DNA from: Octopus sinensis
Lineage: Eukaryota
Reading direction: 5' to 3'
NCBI RefSeq assembly: GCF_006345805.1
Contig: NC_043002.1
Location: 16,988,001 to 17,052,000 of the forward strand
Length of the DNA: 64,000 nucleotides
This document shows positions 25,880 through 38,673 of this stretch, piece after piece; the first letter of the stretch is position 1, and every line of letters starts with the position of its first letter. The notes beneath the pieces were generated by a model. The model made no database searches. It was not told where the DNA came from and saw only the letters and a program-made list of their open reading frames with translations. The translations under genes were made by a program, and so were the position numbers.

Positions 25880-26190
25880 TGCGCGGTTAAACCATAGGAA
25901 GTGAAGGACTCCTAGCCTTTGTTAGGAGTCACCTTCTAGGAGAAGGTAACTCAGGTAACTGGGATAACTCCGACATAAAACCTGCGGCTCAGTGGTTACC
26001 GATGATGTTGACTTGTTCTTCTTTTCGGATTATGGATGCTGTTGCTTAGTGAGTGGGATTGACTCAGTGCACAGCCATTCCTCACGTTAAAAAATCTTCC
26101 TGCTGAGGCGTTGCACGATAGCAACATTGTTCATGATTGTTGATGGTGCTGTGAGTCTCAACTGAATAGCTGGCTTTAAAAAGCAAATAA
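25880..26190 (+). mobile_element. Repeat fragment resembling an RTE-type LINE 5' UTR
   Basis: Hairpins gactccta/taggagtc and accttct/agaaggt; ctaggagaagg motif recalled from RTE 5' ends (family call from memory). Confidence 0.4.
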
Positions 26191-26626
26191 AAGTCATATT
26201 CGATCACAGCACCAATAACAGTTAATCTTCGTGCAATGGCCATACTCGATGACGATGGGGCAGCCATCATATATATGTATATATATATATATATATATAT
26301 ACATATATATATAGACGCACATTCACAAAGAGATACTAATATATACATACATAATACAAGACAACCATCAACATAGTTTCCATCTATCATATCACCATAC
26401 AGCTCTTACACCGGGTTGTTTTTAGAATGATAGGAAGTACTTTCCCAAGGAGCTGTGCTGCACCACAGAAATCAGGTATTTCTAAAGTAAACCTATTGAA
26501 TTCAAAACAAATGTCGCAGATGATCAGCAGATGAGATCTACTATTCTTATCTATTTATCTTTCACTTCAAGATATGCGTCTCACCGACCGAGTGAGTATG
26601 TGTGTATGTACATTTATATATATATA

Positions 26627-26671
<45 letters not shown>

Positions 26672-29495
26672 CATACATATATATATACATACATATATAT
26701 ATATATAATTATATATATACATACATACATACATACAAACATACATACATACATGTACATATATATAAAATTTAGATTGAGATGAGTATCGTACTTAACT
26801 TGAGGCACTAGAATTTACTATGGTATTATCCATACAATTTCAAAATATGGTGATAAAATCAAAATAAGCAACAAGGATATCCAGAGGTAATGCAGTACGA
26901 TCGATTCATGAGACTCCATTTCTATGGAAAATGCAATCATATACATACATATATACACACACGCATATATATATATATATATATATAATATATATATATA
27001 TATATTATTAGAGTAACATAGATTTCATGAAGTATCGTCTCCTGTAAGTAAATGCTTTCTTTTATGTTTTTTAAAAGTCAAACAATTTATTCAAATAAAA
27101 CATACAGCAGGCTAAAATATTACCTTACATTTCAGTGTTTCAGGTTTAGCGCCACATCCATGGGAAGTTTTTAATCACTTCGATTTTCTATATTCTTCTG
27201 TTCTTTTTTATGAGTTAAACGTATCGAATTTGTAATCCAGCTTGTGGTGTTAATGCTTGAAACCATTTAGATGAAGATTTTGCCGACTAATTCCTTGGGT
27301 ATTCACTCATGATTATAGTTATGACAATCTCTGTATAGCATCTCTGAAACATTGCTTCTGTATTATGTACATACCATTACTACATTTAAAGCATATGCAA
27401 AAGAAAATCAATAAACCAAACCACTTGCAAATACATAGATATTCACTTTAACAACATTTCATAAACAAAAATCAATAATACTAGTTTACAAACTCTATAT
27501 TAGATACAATCTGGATTATATCAATCCTGTCTAGGTCTTCAATATCGCTTTAACAAACAGCAGGAAAAACAGATTATAGATAGAGCAAACTACACATTAC
27601 AACGGTTTAGACACAGTTCACACTCACAAACTATATGCAACATGAAAAGAAAATAGATTGAAATTGGATGCTACTGTTCCCGAAAACAAATCTCGCATAT
27701 CTCGAATACATATAAAAATTACTCACACAGCGATGTACAGCTAAAAATTCCGAAATCATTTTTCCTTTCAAAATATTCCACAGATCGGAATGAAAGATGC
27801 TGAACGTAAAAAAAAAAAAAAATCATGATCGAATGAAATCAGTTTTTTTTCAATTATGTTGTTGCTATTCTTGTTTTGTCTCTGAATACAAACATAGAGA
27901 AAAAATTTTCAATATACACTAATTCATTGATACACCACTGGAAGATGCGACGCCTAAGTTTCTCTCATGAAGTCCTGTAGGGATATGACGTACACAAAGC
28001 TGCGCTAATAAATAAGCCAACATTAGATGTTCTCTTCAATGTCGAAACTATTGTGTGGATTCAATGCCAATTCACTTACAACATTAAGGTCGGAGTCTGA
28101 ATGCTAGACAATATCACGTCTAGGAAGTAACTGGTTCCATACACAGACAAATTATATAACATGCTAATGGACTTTGTTACCATTCATTCTGCCACTACAT
28201 ATCCTGCAACCGGAGCTTATTCTTTTTTACCACACCCATCCAAATCTATCAACACCACCAGTATCTGTATGTGCATTACTAATCGTACACATTACGATTT
28301 GTACTGTGAAAGACGGTCAAGAACTATGTACGGTAGAAGCAAATGTAATTTCCTATACAGAAAATACAGGCATCAATTCATTGATGTTTTTTTAACTTCT
28401 TTTCCTAACAATGCGCCTATCGGAAACATGCATTCTATTAGCGAGGTTCTTGTGCAAGGTGATTGGCCTTCTCAAAATTCAATTCCGCTAAAAAAATATG
28501 ACACAATTAGACTTGGCAATAAATACGCAAGTGCTTATCAGCAACCTGTTTCGGTTTCTTGATTTGCAATCTTATGTTTTTTGGCTCATTCAAGACCAAG
28601 ACTGACGAGAGGCACCAAAATCTAAATGATAGGGGGGTTTGGAATTATTTTTGACCAGCTTCTTTTCTGTCGGTCCAATGCAGAAGCTGTCGCATTACTG
28701 TGTCAGCTCCTGTATTTTTAGCAGTCTATTAAGCTCTCTGCCCTCCGTCACTTTCAGTTAAATAAATTTAAATTTCAAGTTTCATGTTCACTTGGCCGAG
28801 TAAAGTATATATAATCAATGTATCCAAGACATAGCGCAATGGACGAAATTCACACATGAATATGAGCATCTGAAAACTACCTATGATAAAGAATAAGCTA
28901 GTGGATGTGATGAAAGTGGCTTTGATTTTCAGAGTAAGTTTCTAGGGTGAAATTAGTGCAACAGGGTAATTATTTTTGGATATAGAGTAGAGTGTCTTAA
29001 TGTAGAATTTAAGGGAGCTGTTGCAACTGAGTTCGGAAGATGAACATAAGTTTAATGTTTAGTAAAGATGTGAATGCGTGATGAAATCATATAAAATCTT
29101 TGATTTAGAGGAATTACGGGGGAGCAGGAACAGGAATTAGGGTAATGATTAATGTGTCCGAAGAGAAAGAATTTAAAACGAAATTTCTGAAATCTGTATC
29201 GTAAGCAGTTGGTTAGTAATACGTTCATGACTTTCCCATCGACCACCACCAATATGGCCACAGGTTCCCAGTAGGCATCTATGTCTCCAATGGAGGACGC
29301 CATTTTTCACCCTCACGTGTATCCAGGGCCCAGTCTGTCATCATATGAATTTTGGGCACGAGTACAGCCTGTATTCTTCGCGCGTACGTAATAGGTAGAT
29401 ACTTCCATACCACCTGTCCCTTTCAATAATCATATGAAAGTTAATGCAATGCTACCTTTAACTTGGCGCCATAATATTTATATTAAAAATACCTA

Positions 29496-29836
<341 letters not shown>

Positions 29837-31374
29837 AATACGGGTTACGAAGTCAGTTATACACTGCATCATAGGTATATACCTCCATATCACCTGTCCC
29901 TTTCAATGATGATATGAAGGATAAAACAACGCCACCTTTAGCTTTGCGCCCTAATATTTATATTAAAAATATATTTAAGTGTAAGAAAACAAGGGACGAT
30001 TATTAGTTTAATCACAGTTCGTTTTGTGAGTTAAGAGATGCGGAATTTATAGTTCTGGATAAACTTCCATCATCTGTGAAATGTTTTAGAGGAAAGAAAT
30101 CGAATTAAATCTTGTTAAAAATAACTCGCTTGTAATTTTTAATCTACTTTCGGATTTTATAATGAATGCAATATTATCACTGGAATCTTAAATTTAATAT
30201 ATTCCCGAAGGAAATCATTCTAACACGCATACGGACAGAACTGGAAAAACAAGTTAACACGCAATTTTCTTTTACTAAAATTTACTCGAAATGTCAGGTG
30301 TGCTTATATATTTACGAAGTAATATTTCAATATATCTATAATTGTTAATATATTTATTTTATATTCGATCCGTGTCTCTGAAGTCTTCGGCAACACACTG
30401 ATTTCATACAGAAATGCTTCAAGCAAACTTAAACACACGCCTTTTCTTTTTCTCTATCTCACCATAATATCATATGTATACATATATCAGCATACATACG
30501 AACATATCTATATACACATATGTATGCTTGTATATGTATTTGTATATATATATATATATATATAAATTTATCTACCAGTTATTATGTGGTGTGTGGTGTG
30601 TGCGCGCGTGTATGTGCGTGTTTGTGCGCTTATATCATTACGGATTGTAGGAAGAAATAAAATCGTAATATTTGGTTAGAATTTACTACAAAGGTTTTAT
30701 TCATTTGCATTAGAATTGTGCGATATTACTAGATTTGTTTTAGATTTAGGCATAGCAATTTTGCATTACGTATCTAGGAAATACAGTTCATTGCGTCCTT
30801 ATGTAAAAGCGAATAAACAGTTACAATTTAATCATCATAGGAAGAGAGACATAGAATTACTGTTTTGCAATTGTATAGGTAGAAGAAAGTTAATAATAGT
30901 ACAAATTTGTTACAACGTAATATACATTAAGAATGTTATAGTGAATTGTCAAACAAACACGAGTGAATTATGCCTTGCAATAATAGCTAGAGTAATGTTT
31001 AGAAGTTCAAAATCGATCTAAATATGGTAAACTACGTAGTCTACGTGATCTAACATTATTAGAGGTTAAATAAAATCGCTTGGCAATTCAGATTTGTATT
31101 ATCTTGTCCTCGTTCTAATGACGAAGTTGTGAAGAGTGCATAGAATAAACCAATGCAACAGTCTCTTTGGTAATAATAACATGGATACTTTGGACTGAAA
31201 TAAAATTGGAGTGCTGAATGCGTAGTATCTTAAAACATACAACAGACATAACAGAAATCTAATGATGCTTCCAGTAAAATTTCATCATGTCATTTACATA
31301 GCATTGCGCAGATTCTTCACTGTCGACATCAAGATAGAGGAAAAAGGTACATGTTCATATTCATCCAACATATA

Positions 31375-31410
<36 letters not shown>

Positions 31411-31413
<3 letters not shown>

Positions 31414-31613
31414 TTCATTTCACTTCATCTTCTTTCAGCTCACTTTTTTCCCTCTGTTCTCCCACCTCGGGATCTTTCTTTCTCCTATGTTTCCGACGAA
31501 GAGCTCCGCTCGAAACGTCATGCCCTCCGTCTTCCCTTTTTACCTGAGCGCCTGATAATACTTTAATTGTTCCACCTCCTTGCGTTGTTGTCTTTTTTGT
31601 TTTCTGTTTGGAT

Positions 31614-31617
<4 letters not shown>
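31411..31617 (+). mobile_element. ~205-nt (TA)n-flanked element with a degenerate minimal hammerhead
   Basis: CCGACGA-A-GAGC(tcc)GCTC-GAA-ACGT-C at 31493-31519; stem I decayed; related to 7937-8102. Confidence 0.6.
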
Positions 31618-31669
<52 letters not shown>

Positions 31670-31788
31670 TATTTTTGTTGCTTATTTTGATTATAATCAC
31701 CCCATGGATTTAAATGGATAACACCATGAAAATTCTGGTGCATCTAACTTAAGTACCATATTCATTTGAATCTAAATTTTGCTGAACT

Positions 31789-31814
<26 letters not shown>

Positions 31815-31819
<5 letters not shown>

Positions 31820-32398
31820 GAACTTTTTGTGTAATGAGATAAAAAACACCAAGGCTGTATAGATATTAGAGCATTTATAGATAGAATGTCTTACAGCTGT
31901 TTCTAGAATATTAATCAATAATGTGCGGAGGGTTCTTATATGACTTGAGGTTATATTTATTGTAACCATTGTCAATTTTATATTTCAGATTGTCGTGGAA
32001 AAACGCCTTCCATCATATTCTTTTGATTAGGTCCTTGGTTTTGGAGAGGAGGAGTAATAGGAAGGTCTTATGTGAAGGAATAGCTCTGTCCTTAAGAGAA
32101 ATGCCAAGGAATTGTTTGTTTATCCATTACAGAAGATTTACCTGGGATAAGTGCTTATATTAGCGAGAAGTTGAGGTTATAAGTGATAATTGTGTCTTTG
32201 AGACCCAAAGGTGTCAGGTAATGCTGAATAAGTGCTATAGACAGACAATAGTTAAGTTCCAGTTTCGGCAATATTGCGAGTAAAGCGTTCAACGTTGGTT
32301 CCATGTCAGCGTGTGTATATATGAATTTTTTGTGTAATGAGATAAAAAAACCAAGGCTGTATAGACATTAGAGCATTTATAGATAGAAGGTCTTACAG
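31815..32398 (-). mobile_element. Penelope-like fragment: ORF N-terminus between two direct repeats (pseudo-LTR-like)
   Basis: 31815-31920 and 32318-32398 are direct repeats (third copy inverted at 53390-53505); between them the minus strand reads SLKDRAIPSHKTFLLLLLSKTKDLIKRI*WKAFF...NLKSYKNPP. Confidence 0.65.
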
Positions 32399-33005
32399 GC
32401 GCATGAGTGGCTGTGTGGTAATGGGATTGGTTCCCAACCACATGGTTCCGAGTTCCGTCGCACTGCGTGGCGCCTTGCGCAAGTGTCATCTACTATAGCC
32501 TCGGGCCGACCAGAGCTTTGTATGTAGATTTAGCTGACGGAAATTGAAAGAATCCCTGAAAGCAGACTATATATATGTATATAATTTTCTGCTCTAGGGA
32601 CAACGCCCAAAACCTGGTGGGAGGACGCTAGTCGGCTAGATCACCTCCAGTGCACAACTAGAACTTAATTTATCGACCCCAAAAGGATGATAGACAAAGC
32701 CGATATCGGTGGAATTTGAACTCAGAACGTAAAGGTAGATGGCGTGCTAACGTTTCTGCCAGATCACCCTGTATGTGTTTGTGTGTGTGTGTATGCGTGT
32801 GTGTGTGTATTTCCGTGTGCGTGTGTTAGTGTAACCGATGTGGGAGTGGTTACGTCCCCGTAGCTCCGTAACTAAGAGGTGCGGAAAGAGAGACGGATAG
32901 AGTAAGTATTTGTCTTACAAAGAATAAGTTCTGGGGTCGATTTGTTCGTTCAAGGGGATTATCCAGCATGGCCGCAGTGGAATGATTGAAAGAAGTAAAA
33001 GAATA
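32397..33005 (+). mobile_element. tRNA-derived SINE (head 32397-32560, tail ~32830-33005) with a nested opposite-strand CORE-type SINE at ~32585-32762
   Basis: Head gagtggctgtgtggtaa...ccacatggttccgagttc; tail ttacgtccccgta...gcatggccgcagtggaatgattgaaa; nested piece is the reverse complement of the 16948 family. Confidence 0.75.
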
Positions 33006-33016
33006 CTAGAATAAAC

Positions 33017-33063
<47 letters not shown>

Positions 33064-33142
33064 TATATATATATGTATGTATATGTATATGAATATCTAT
33101 CTATCTATCTATATGTGTGTTTGTGTGTGTGCGCGTGTGTGT

Positions 33143-33360
33143 AGTTTCAGCTCCGAGCTGCGGCCATGTTGGGGTAGGGATGCTTTGCTGCAGTGTTATT
33201 ATCGAGACCTTCCTCTAATATATGGCATTTGGTGAATAAGGGGGCGGTGATTTCGCTACCCTCATTTGCAGTTCTTGCTGTGAGGTATGTCCCTCAGATT
33301 CTTAGGGAGAATATTAAAAAAAGCACCGGCCTCCAGAAACTTATGTTGTTGCAGTAACTC
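33143..33360 (-). mobile_element. CR1-clade LINE 3' end
   Basis: Minus strand NNISFWRPVL/FNILPKNLRDI then tail catggccgcagctcggagctgaaactac. Confidence 0.6.
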
Positions 33361-33501
33361 TTTGTTTTATATATATATATATATATATATTATACATATA
33401 TTAATAGTTATAGTATGACAACAAAAGAAAAAAATGAGACTTCGATATTATGAAAATAAAGCAATTTATCAGTGTTATAATAATGTGACAATTATTCAGT
33501 T

Positions 33502-33572
33502 GTCGTAATACAACTCCGAGTTTCAGATGTCGGGGCGGAAGACTGCTCCGGCATCTCGTCAGTGATTAAGAC
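33502..33572 (-). ncRNA. Type I hammerhead-like motif in a probable Penelope terminal-repeat fragment
   Basis: gtcttaatca-CTGACGA-gatg..catc-t-GAAA-ctc g gag-T-T-gtattacgac; stem I partly mismatched; one extra nucleotide before GAAA. Confidence 0.5.
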
Positions 33573-33627
33573 AAACAAAAATGCTGTGAAAGTAATCGTG
33601 ATATGACCATTATATATATATATATAA

Positions 33628-34011
33628 ATTATTCTATAATTATATACACGTAATGCATTAGAAATAGACGCTAATATCTTTTTCACTACCATAAAAATCT
33701 CCGAGAAAATAACACACTTTTAATGAAGGCAAAACAAAAATGATGAATTAATAAGGCCGTAATATTCTAAGTAAATATTACGCTGAAGAGAACAATAGGT
33801 AATAATGTTTTACTTTAAGTTCGGAACGCGTCTGTCATTAAGCACAGCCTTGTTAATTCATCATTTTTCTTTTGCCTACATTAGATTTGTGTTATTTTCT
33901 CGGAGATTTTTGCGGTGGTAAAAAAGACATTGATGCCTATTTCTAACTCAATACGCGGCGAGGCACATAGTTGAACACTTGTTATAACTATGTATATAAT
34001 TATAGAATAAT
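33628..34011. mobile_element. ~385-bp foldback element with ~140-bp imperfect arms
   Basis: attattctataattatatac...atctccgagaaaataacac...aaaatgatgaattaataaggc versus gccttgttaattcatcatttt...gtgttattttctcggagat...gtatataattatagaataat. Confidence 0.8.
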
Positions 34012-34117
34012 CTCTCAAATTTGCCTAAAAGGTTTTTATTTACATCCTGGCTAACTAGTAAAATTATAACTGATTTTACCGTATATTATATATATATATA
34101 TACCATAAGTAAAACTT

Positions 34118-34410
34118 AGATAAACTTAGATATGTTTCGACCAAAGATTGGTCCAGGCCATGTCTAACTTAATAGCACCACCTGATAGGATTATTCGAAT
34201 CCTGTTTAAGTCAAGTTTTGTTTAAGTCAAGTTTTGTTCAAGTAGTGAGTTCTTTTTGGGTGAGTTGTATCCAGGTTTGTTCAAGTAGTGAGTTCTTGTT
34301 GGGTGAGTTGTATCCAATTATGGGTGGCTTATCTGGTATTCTTTGAAGGAATCTATCCAGACTCTGTTTAAAGTTGATGGGATACTTTTCCTCTTTGATC
34401 TCCCTCGGGA
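34118..34410 (-). mobile_element. CR1-clade LINE 3' end with internal tandem duplications
   Basis: FKQSLDRFLQRIPDKPPIIGYNSPNKNSLLEQ; ~46-bp and ~15-bp duplications; short tandem tail taagtttatctaagttt. Confidence 0.7.
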
Positions 34411-35089
34411 CGAGTAATATTCTTTATTAAAAGGCAGCAAAAGTATCACAAACACTGCTACTCAGTTTCCGTTTCGTCAGGAACGCGAAACACTGAGTAA
34501 CAGTTTTTGTGATATTTTTTGCTGCTTTATAATAATAATAATATACATATACATACATACATACATACATACATACATACATACATACATACATACACGC
34601 ACACACACATATATATATATATTCTTAAACATGACTTTTTATTGACTGTGACTTCGAAGTTTCGTCCAACTAAGCCATGTTCAATAATATTCTTGTTTAA
34701 GAATATTAAATTTGCACTCTACTAAAGTATTTTTCAGATTAGTGGGAAACTGTTTCTTTTTTAATTGAAAATAAAAACTAACGTTAATAGAAAATAGATA
34801 TATATGTATTTATGTATCTACGCACGCGCACACACACACATATACATATGCGAGTGTGTATGTATGTGGCTTCATACCAGACGATCAAATGATGTTTGCT
34901 GTCTAGCAAGATTTGGAATTACGCCAGTACAATCTTTATTATTTTGTGCAAGTAATGAGGAAAGATACATTCGTTTGTTTTTTTTTTTTTTGAAAGAGTA
35001 TGAAGGAATGCAGGACAAGAAACCTTGCGAGTTCGTTTAATGCATACATTAATGTGAACATACATGTGTGTTTCTGAACACTGGATGAA

Positions 35090-35350
35090 GAACGCAAAGC
35101 CGTACAAGAGTCTCCCAATAGGAAGCTCGCAAATTCCACAGATGAGAGTGAGGTTATCCGGACATGCTCACCGTCATTCAGAGTTGACTCTGCACTAATT
35201 GCTTCAGTGGGAGCCCCTATACGGATACACTAGAATAAGGAGACCGAATATGACATATGTTGATCTCTCACGACAGACACTGGTATATACGGGACACGGA
35301 ACATGTCAAGGATGAAGGACAAAGACCCGCTGGAGAGAACTCGGCTATGG
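35090..35350 (+). mobile_element. Degenerate RTE-clade LINE C-terminus
   Basis: QMRVRLSGHAHRHSEL...LLQWEPLYGYTRIRRPNMTYVDL resembles RLRLAGHC.RH.E...LLWEP.HG.R.RGRP..TY.D. Confidence 0.7.
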
Positions 35351-35680
35351 GTTTCGAGCTTTTTACACCCCCTAGATAGATGTATTAGTGTGTGCGTGCG
35401 TATGTGTGCCTGTGTGCGTGGCTTTATATTTATCTGTGTATGTCTGTGTTTGTGAATACGTGTGCGTGTATTGTTTCTGTGAGTAATTTGAATTTTATTA
35501 CCGAAGTGTCGAAACCATAGTGATATCTGTTAGGCAACTGATGATGGAAATATAACACTGAAATAGTTTGTTGTCTGTGAAAAGTTTGCATCTGAATTGT
35601 CTTTGGTTTCTTAAGATTCAACGTCTTAAGGTCTTCATTATTAATAGAGAATACGCATATTGCTACTGAATGATTGTCAT

Positions 35681-35770
<90 letters not shown>

Positions 35771-35971
35771 ACGCTAAGTACCAACTGGATCTTGAATCTT
35801 GTGGACCCAATAGTGTTCTTTTAATTATAGTTTATTCAAATTACTACTCTTTATTAGCTACATTATATATGCTACCAGGTGAATGAAGAATTACTGTATC
35901 TCACAAATAAAAAAAAGCAATACAACTTACAGTATATATTATAAATTTTAACAAAATACAAAAATACAGAA

Positions 35972-36935
35972 TTACAGCCCTACATGGCAGTGAATGCAGA
36001 CAAAATTGGAATGCTTTTAGCAAACGTGGATATTATAATTCTTACATGTAGTACGAGATTTCCTGTCTGTTTATGAGTGACGGCCACAAAAATCATATCT
36101 TCCTTAGTTTTTTATTTGGCTGAGACTCTCAAATAAGGTTGAATATCGTCTTCTTTACATGTTTGTTTGCGAAATCTTTGCAGAAATAGTAGATTGTTTG
36201 CCACGTTCTTGTTTAGCATTAACTCCATCACGTTCCTTTCCTAACTGAATTAGGCTCTGTCTTCTTTGTATCCTTGATGCTGTTTAGCTACAATGAAAAG
36301 AATTTACTGCACTTATATCAATCATGTTGTAGAATATAACCAATGGCTATCACCCAATCATTCTTTTGCAAAGGTTCATTCTTACCATCTTATCTAGGGC
36401 ACATGCACCTTTTATTTGTTTTTCTTTGTAACATATAATATATTTTCAGCACTTTTTCGATCATTTGAAAGCTGAGTGTGCATAGTACTCATAAGTGTAA
36501 CTACATAATTTTTCTTGGGACAATAAGAGAAGGTCATAGAATCCTTTTGAAATCTAAATATTGTGCTGCAGATTTCTCTTTCTATTCCATTTCTAAAAGC
36601 ACTTGGAAAGTCAACTCTGTTCTTTGTATAATTGTTCCAACTACAATAGTTTTCTTGTTGAACAGCTTTTGAGACAATGCTAGACTTGTAAAAAAATTAT
36701 CTCAAGTTAAATTGCGGCCAATTTTTTTAGGGTTCTTTTACTAGGTCTGTTATTTTGAAACACTGTGAAATAATAATGTATGGGAAGAGCTTCTTACAAT
36801 GCATATCGTCAGTTAATTAAGCCACCATCCGCAAGAGAAGATAACAATGAATCCTCAAACATTAATACTTGTAATACGTGTTCTAAACCAGAAGAGTCAT
36901 CATCAACAACGTTAGCGTCAGAAGTGGGTGATGTA
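35972..36935 (-). mobile_element. Degenerate piggyBac transposase with internal deletion
   Basis: Frameshifted translation: NLT*DNFFTSLALSQKL...VVGT, SYCPKKNYVVTLMSTMH, ALDKMVR, PLVIFYNMIDISAVNS, RKSRTTCK...KHSNFVCIHC. Confidence 0.85.
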
Positions 36936-36940
36936 TTATT

Positions 36941-37180
36941 ACTCTTACTCTTTTACTTGCTTCAGTCATTTGACTGTGGCCATGGGGAGCACCGACTTTA
37001 GTCGTGCAAGTCGACCACACGACTTATTCTCTGTAAGCCTAGTACTTATTCTGTCGGTCTCTTATGCCGAACCGCTAAGTTACGTAGACGTAAACACACA
37101 AGCATCAGTTCTGGAGCGAAGTCGGGGGGTGGGGAACACAGACACTCAAATATATACACACACATACATACACACACACT

Positions 37181-37238
<58 letters not shown>

Positions 37239-37410
37239 ATATACATATATACGACGGGCCTCTTTCAGTTTTCGTCTACCAAATCCACTCACAACGATTT
37301 GGTCGACCCGAGGCTATGGTAGAAGACACTTGCCCAAGGTGCCACGAAGTGGGACTGAACCGGGAACCATGTGGTTGGGAAGCAAACTACTTACCACACA
37401 GCCACTCCTA
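36941..37410 (-). mobile_element. Full-length tRNA-derived SINE with internal (TA)n/(TG)n microsatellite
   Basis: Head ggagtggctgtgtggtaagtag...ggttcagtcccact (A and B boxes), central domain gcaccttgggcaagtgtcttcta, tail ending gactgaagcaagtaaaagag. Confidence 0.9.
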
Positions 37411-38460
37411 TTAGTTGAACAATTTTGAACATTGCATTGTTAAAGTCATTGTCCAACCCGATGCTTAGAATTCGAGCCTCTTCTACACCCTGAAATGTGG
37501 TAACATTTATAATACTATGGCCACTACCATCCTACTTAATGAATGCAACGTTAATAACCTTCTGTCCATGGAGAGCCTTCTCATTAAGAAACACAAACGC
37601 ATGAGTGATTGTCAATGGGAACTGACCCAGTAGCTGATATATTTTATCTATTATGGTATTCGTTGCCATAAGTACTAAACATGCTTTTCCCACTGTTACT
37701 GCTTTCTTTGACACAATTTAGAATTAATAATATTACCACCGTTGTTTATTTGGTTAACCGTGCTGCAACTAGTAGTGTTGCTGCCACCAATATTACTCCT
37801 TAGACTATTATGAGAACAAATATTTTCCTCCATATCCACATCCCCGTACTTCGTTGCTGCTATTGACTCTTTTGCCTTATAAATAAATATGCCGAATGCT
37901 ATATTGCAAACATGATTTTAAAGGCATACGAAATGTTATGTTCTCTTGACAAATAAATAAATATAAATTTTCTATGCTTATATATAATATATTTATGTAC
38001 GTACATGTCGATATGAAATTCTATTTGTCAACAATTAGAATATTTAGTTAGTTCCTGCAATGGTATACAAGCCTATATCTGTCCAGTGTTTTGATAATGG
38101 CCATCTCTTACATTAACTTGATAACTAATTCACAACATACCGAATTCTTTCAATATTTAATTGCATGAAAAATGAGAAGCAGTTTAAGTGGAAATTTACA
38201 CTGTAAGTAATTAGATTCTAAATTAATTGGTTTCGCACTTAAATATAATATGACGATTAATCATTAGGTAATTATGCTCATAGATATTTGGAAGATTTCA
38301 GAAAACCATTATTAATGAAACGATTTAGAGAGAAAATAGGTAAAAAGAAGGTAATTCTGAACAAGGTGACAAGGTGAGAGAAATATATGAAGAAAGAAAA
38401 CGTATGGTAATACATGTCGGAACGACATCCGAGAGAACATAAGAGAGAACTAGTCTTATG

Positions 38461-38551
<91 letters not shown>

Positions 38552-38556
38552 CATAC

Positions 38557-38601
<45 letters not shown>

Positions 38602-38640
38602 TGCATATATATATTTATAAGAGTAGCATGTATGCATGTA

Positions 38641-38673
<33 letters not shown>

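Noticed and set aside
28161-28562. 133-aa plus-strand ORF in unique DNA
   Set aside because: No recognisable motif or splice context; the opposite strand has faint lectin-like words (IDACIFC, IWMGV) only with several stops and frameshifts
30716-31021. 101-aa ORF starting at a TTG codon
   Set aside because: Non-ATG start, no recognisable homology, composition like background
34455-34505. Hairpin containing CTGACGA and GAAA on the minus strand
   Set aside because: No room for stems I and II and a G at the cleavage position; a simple 50-bp palindrome
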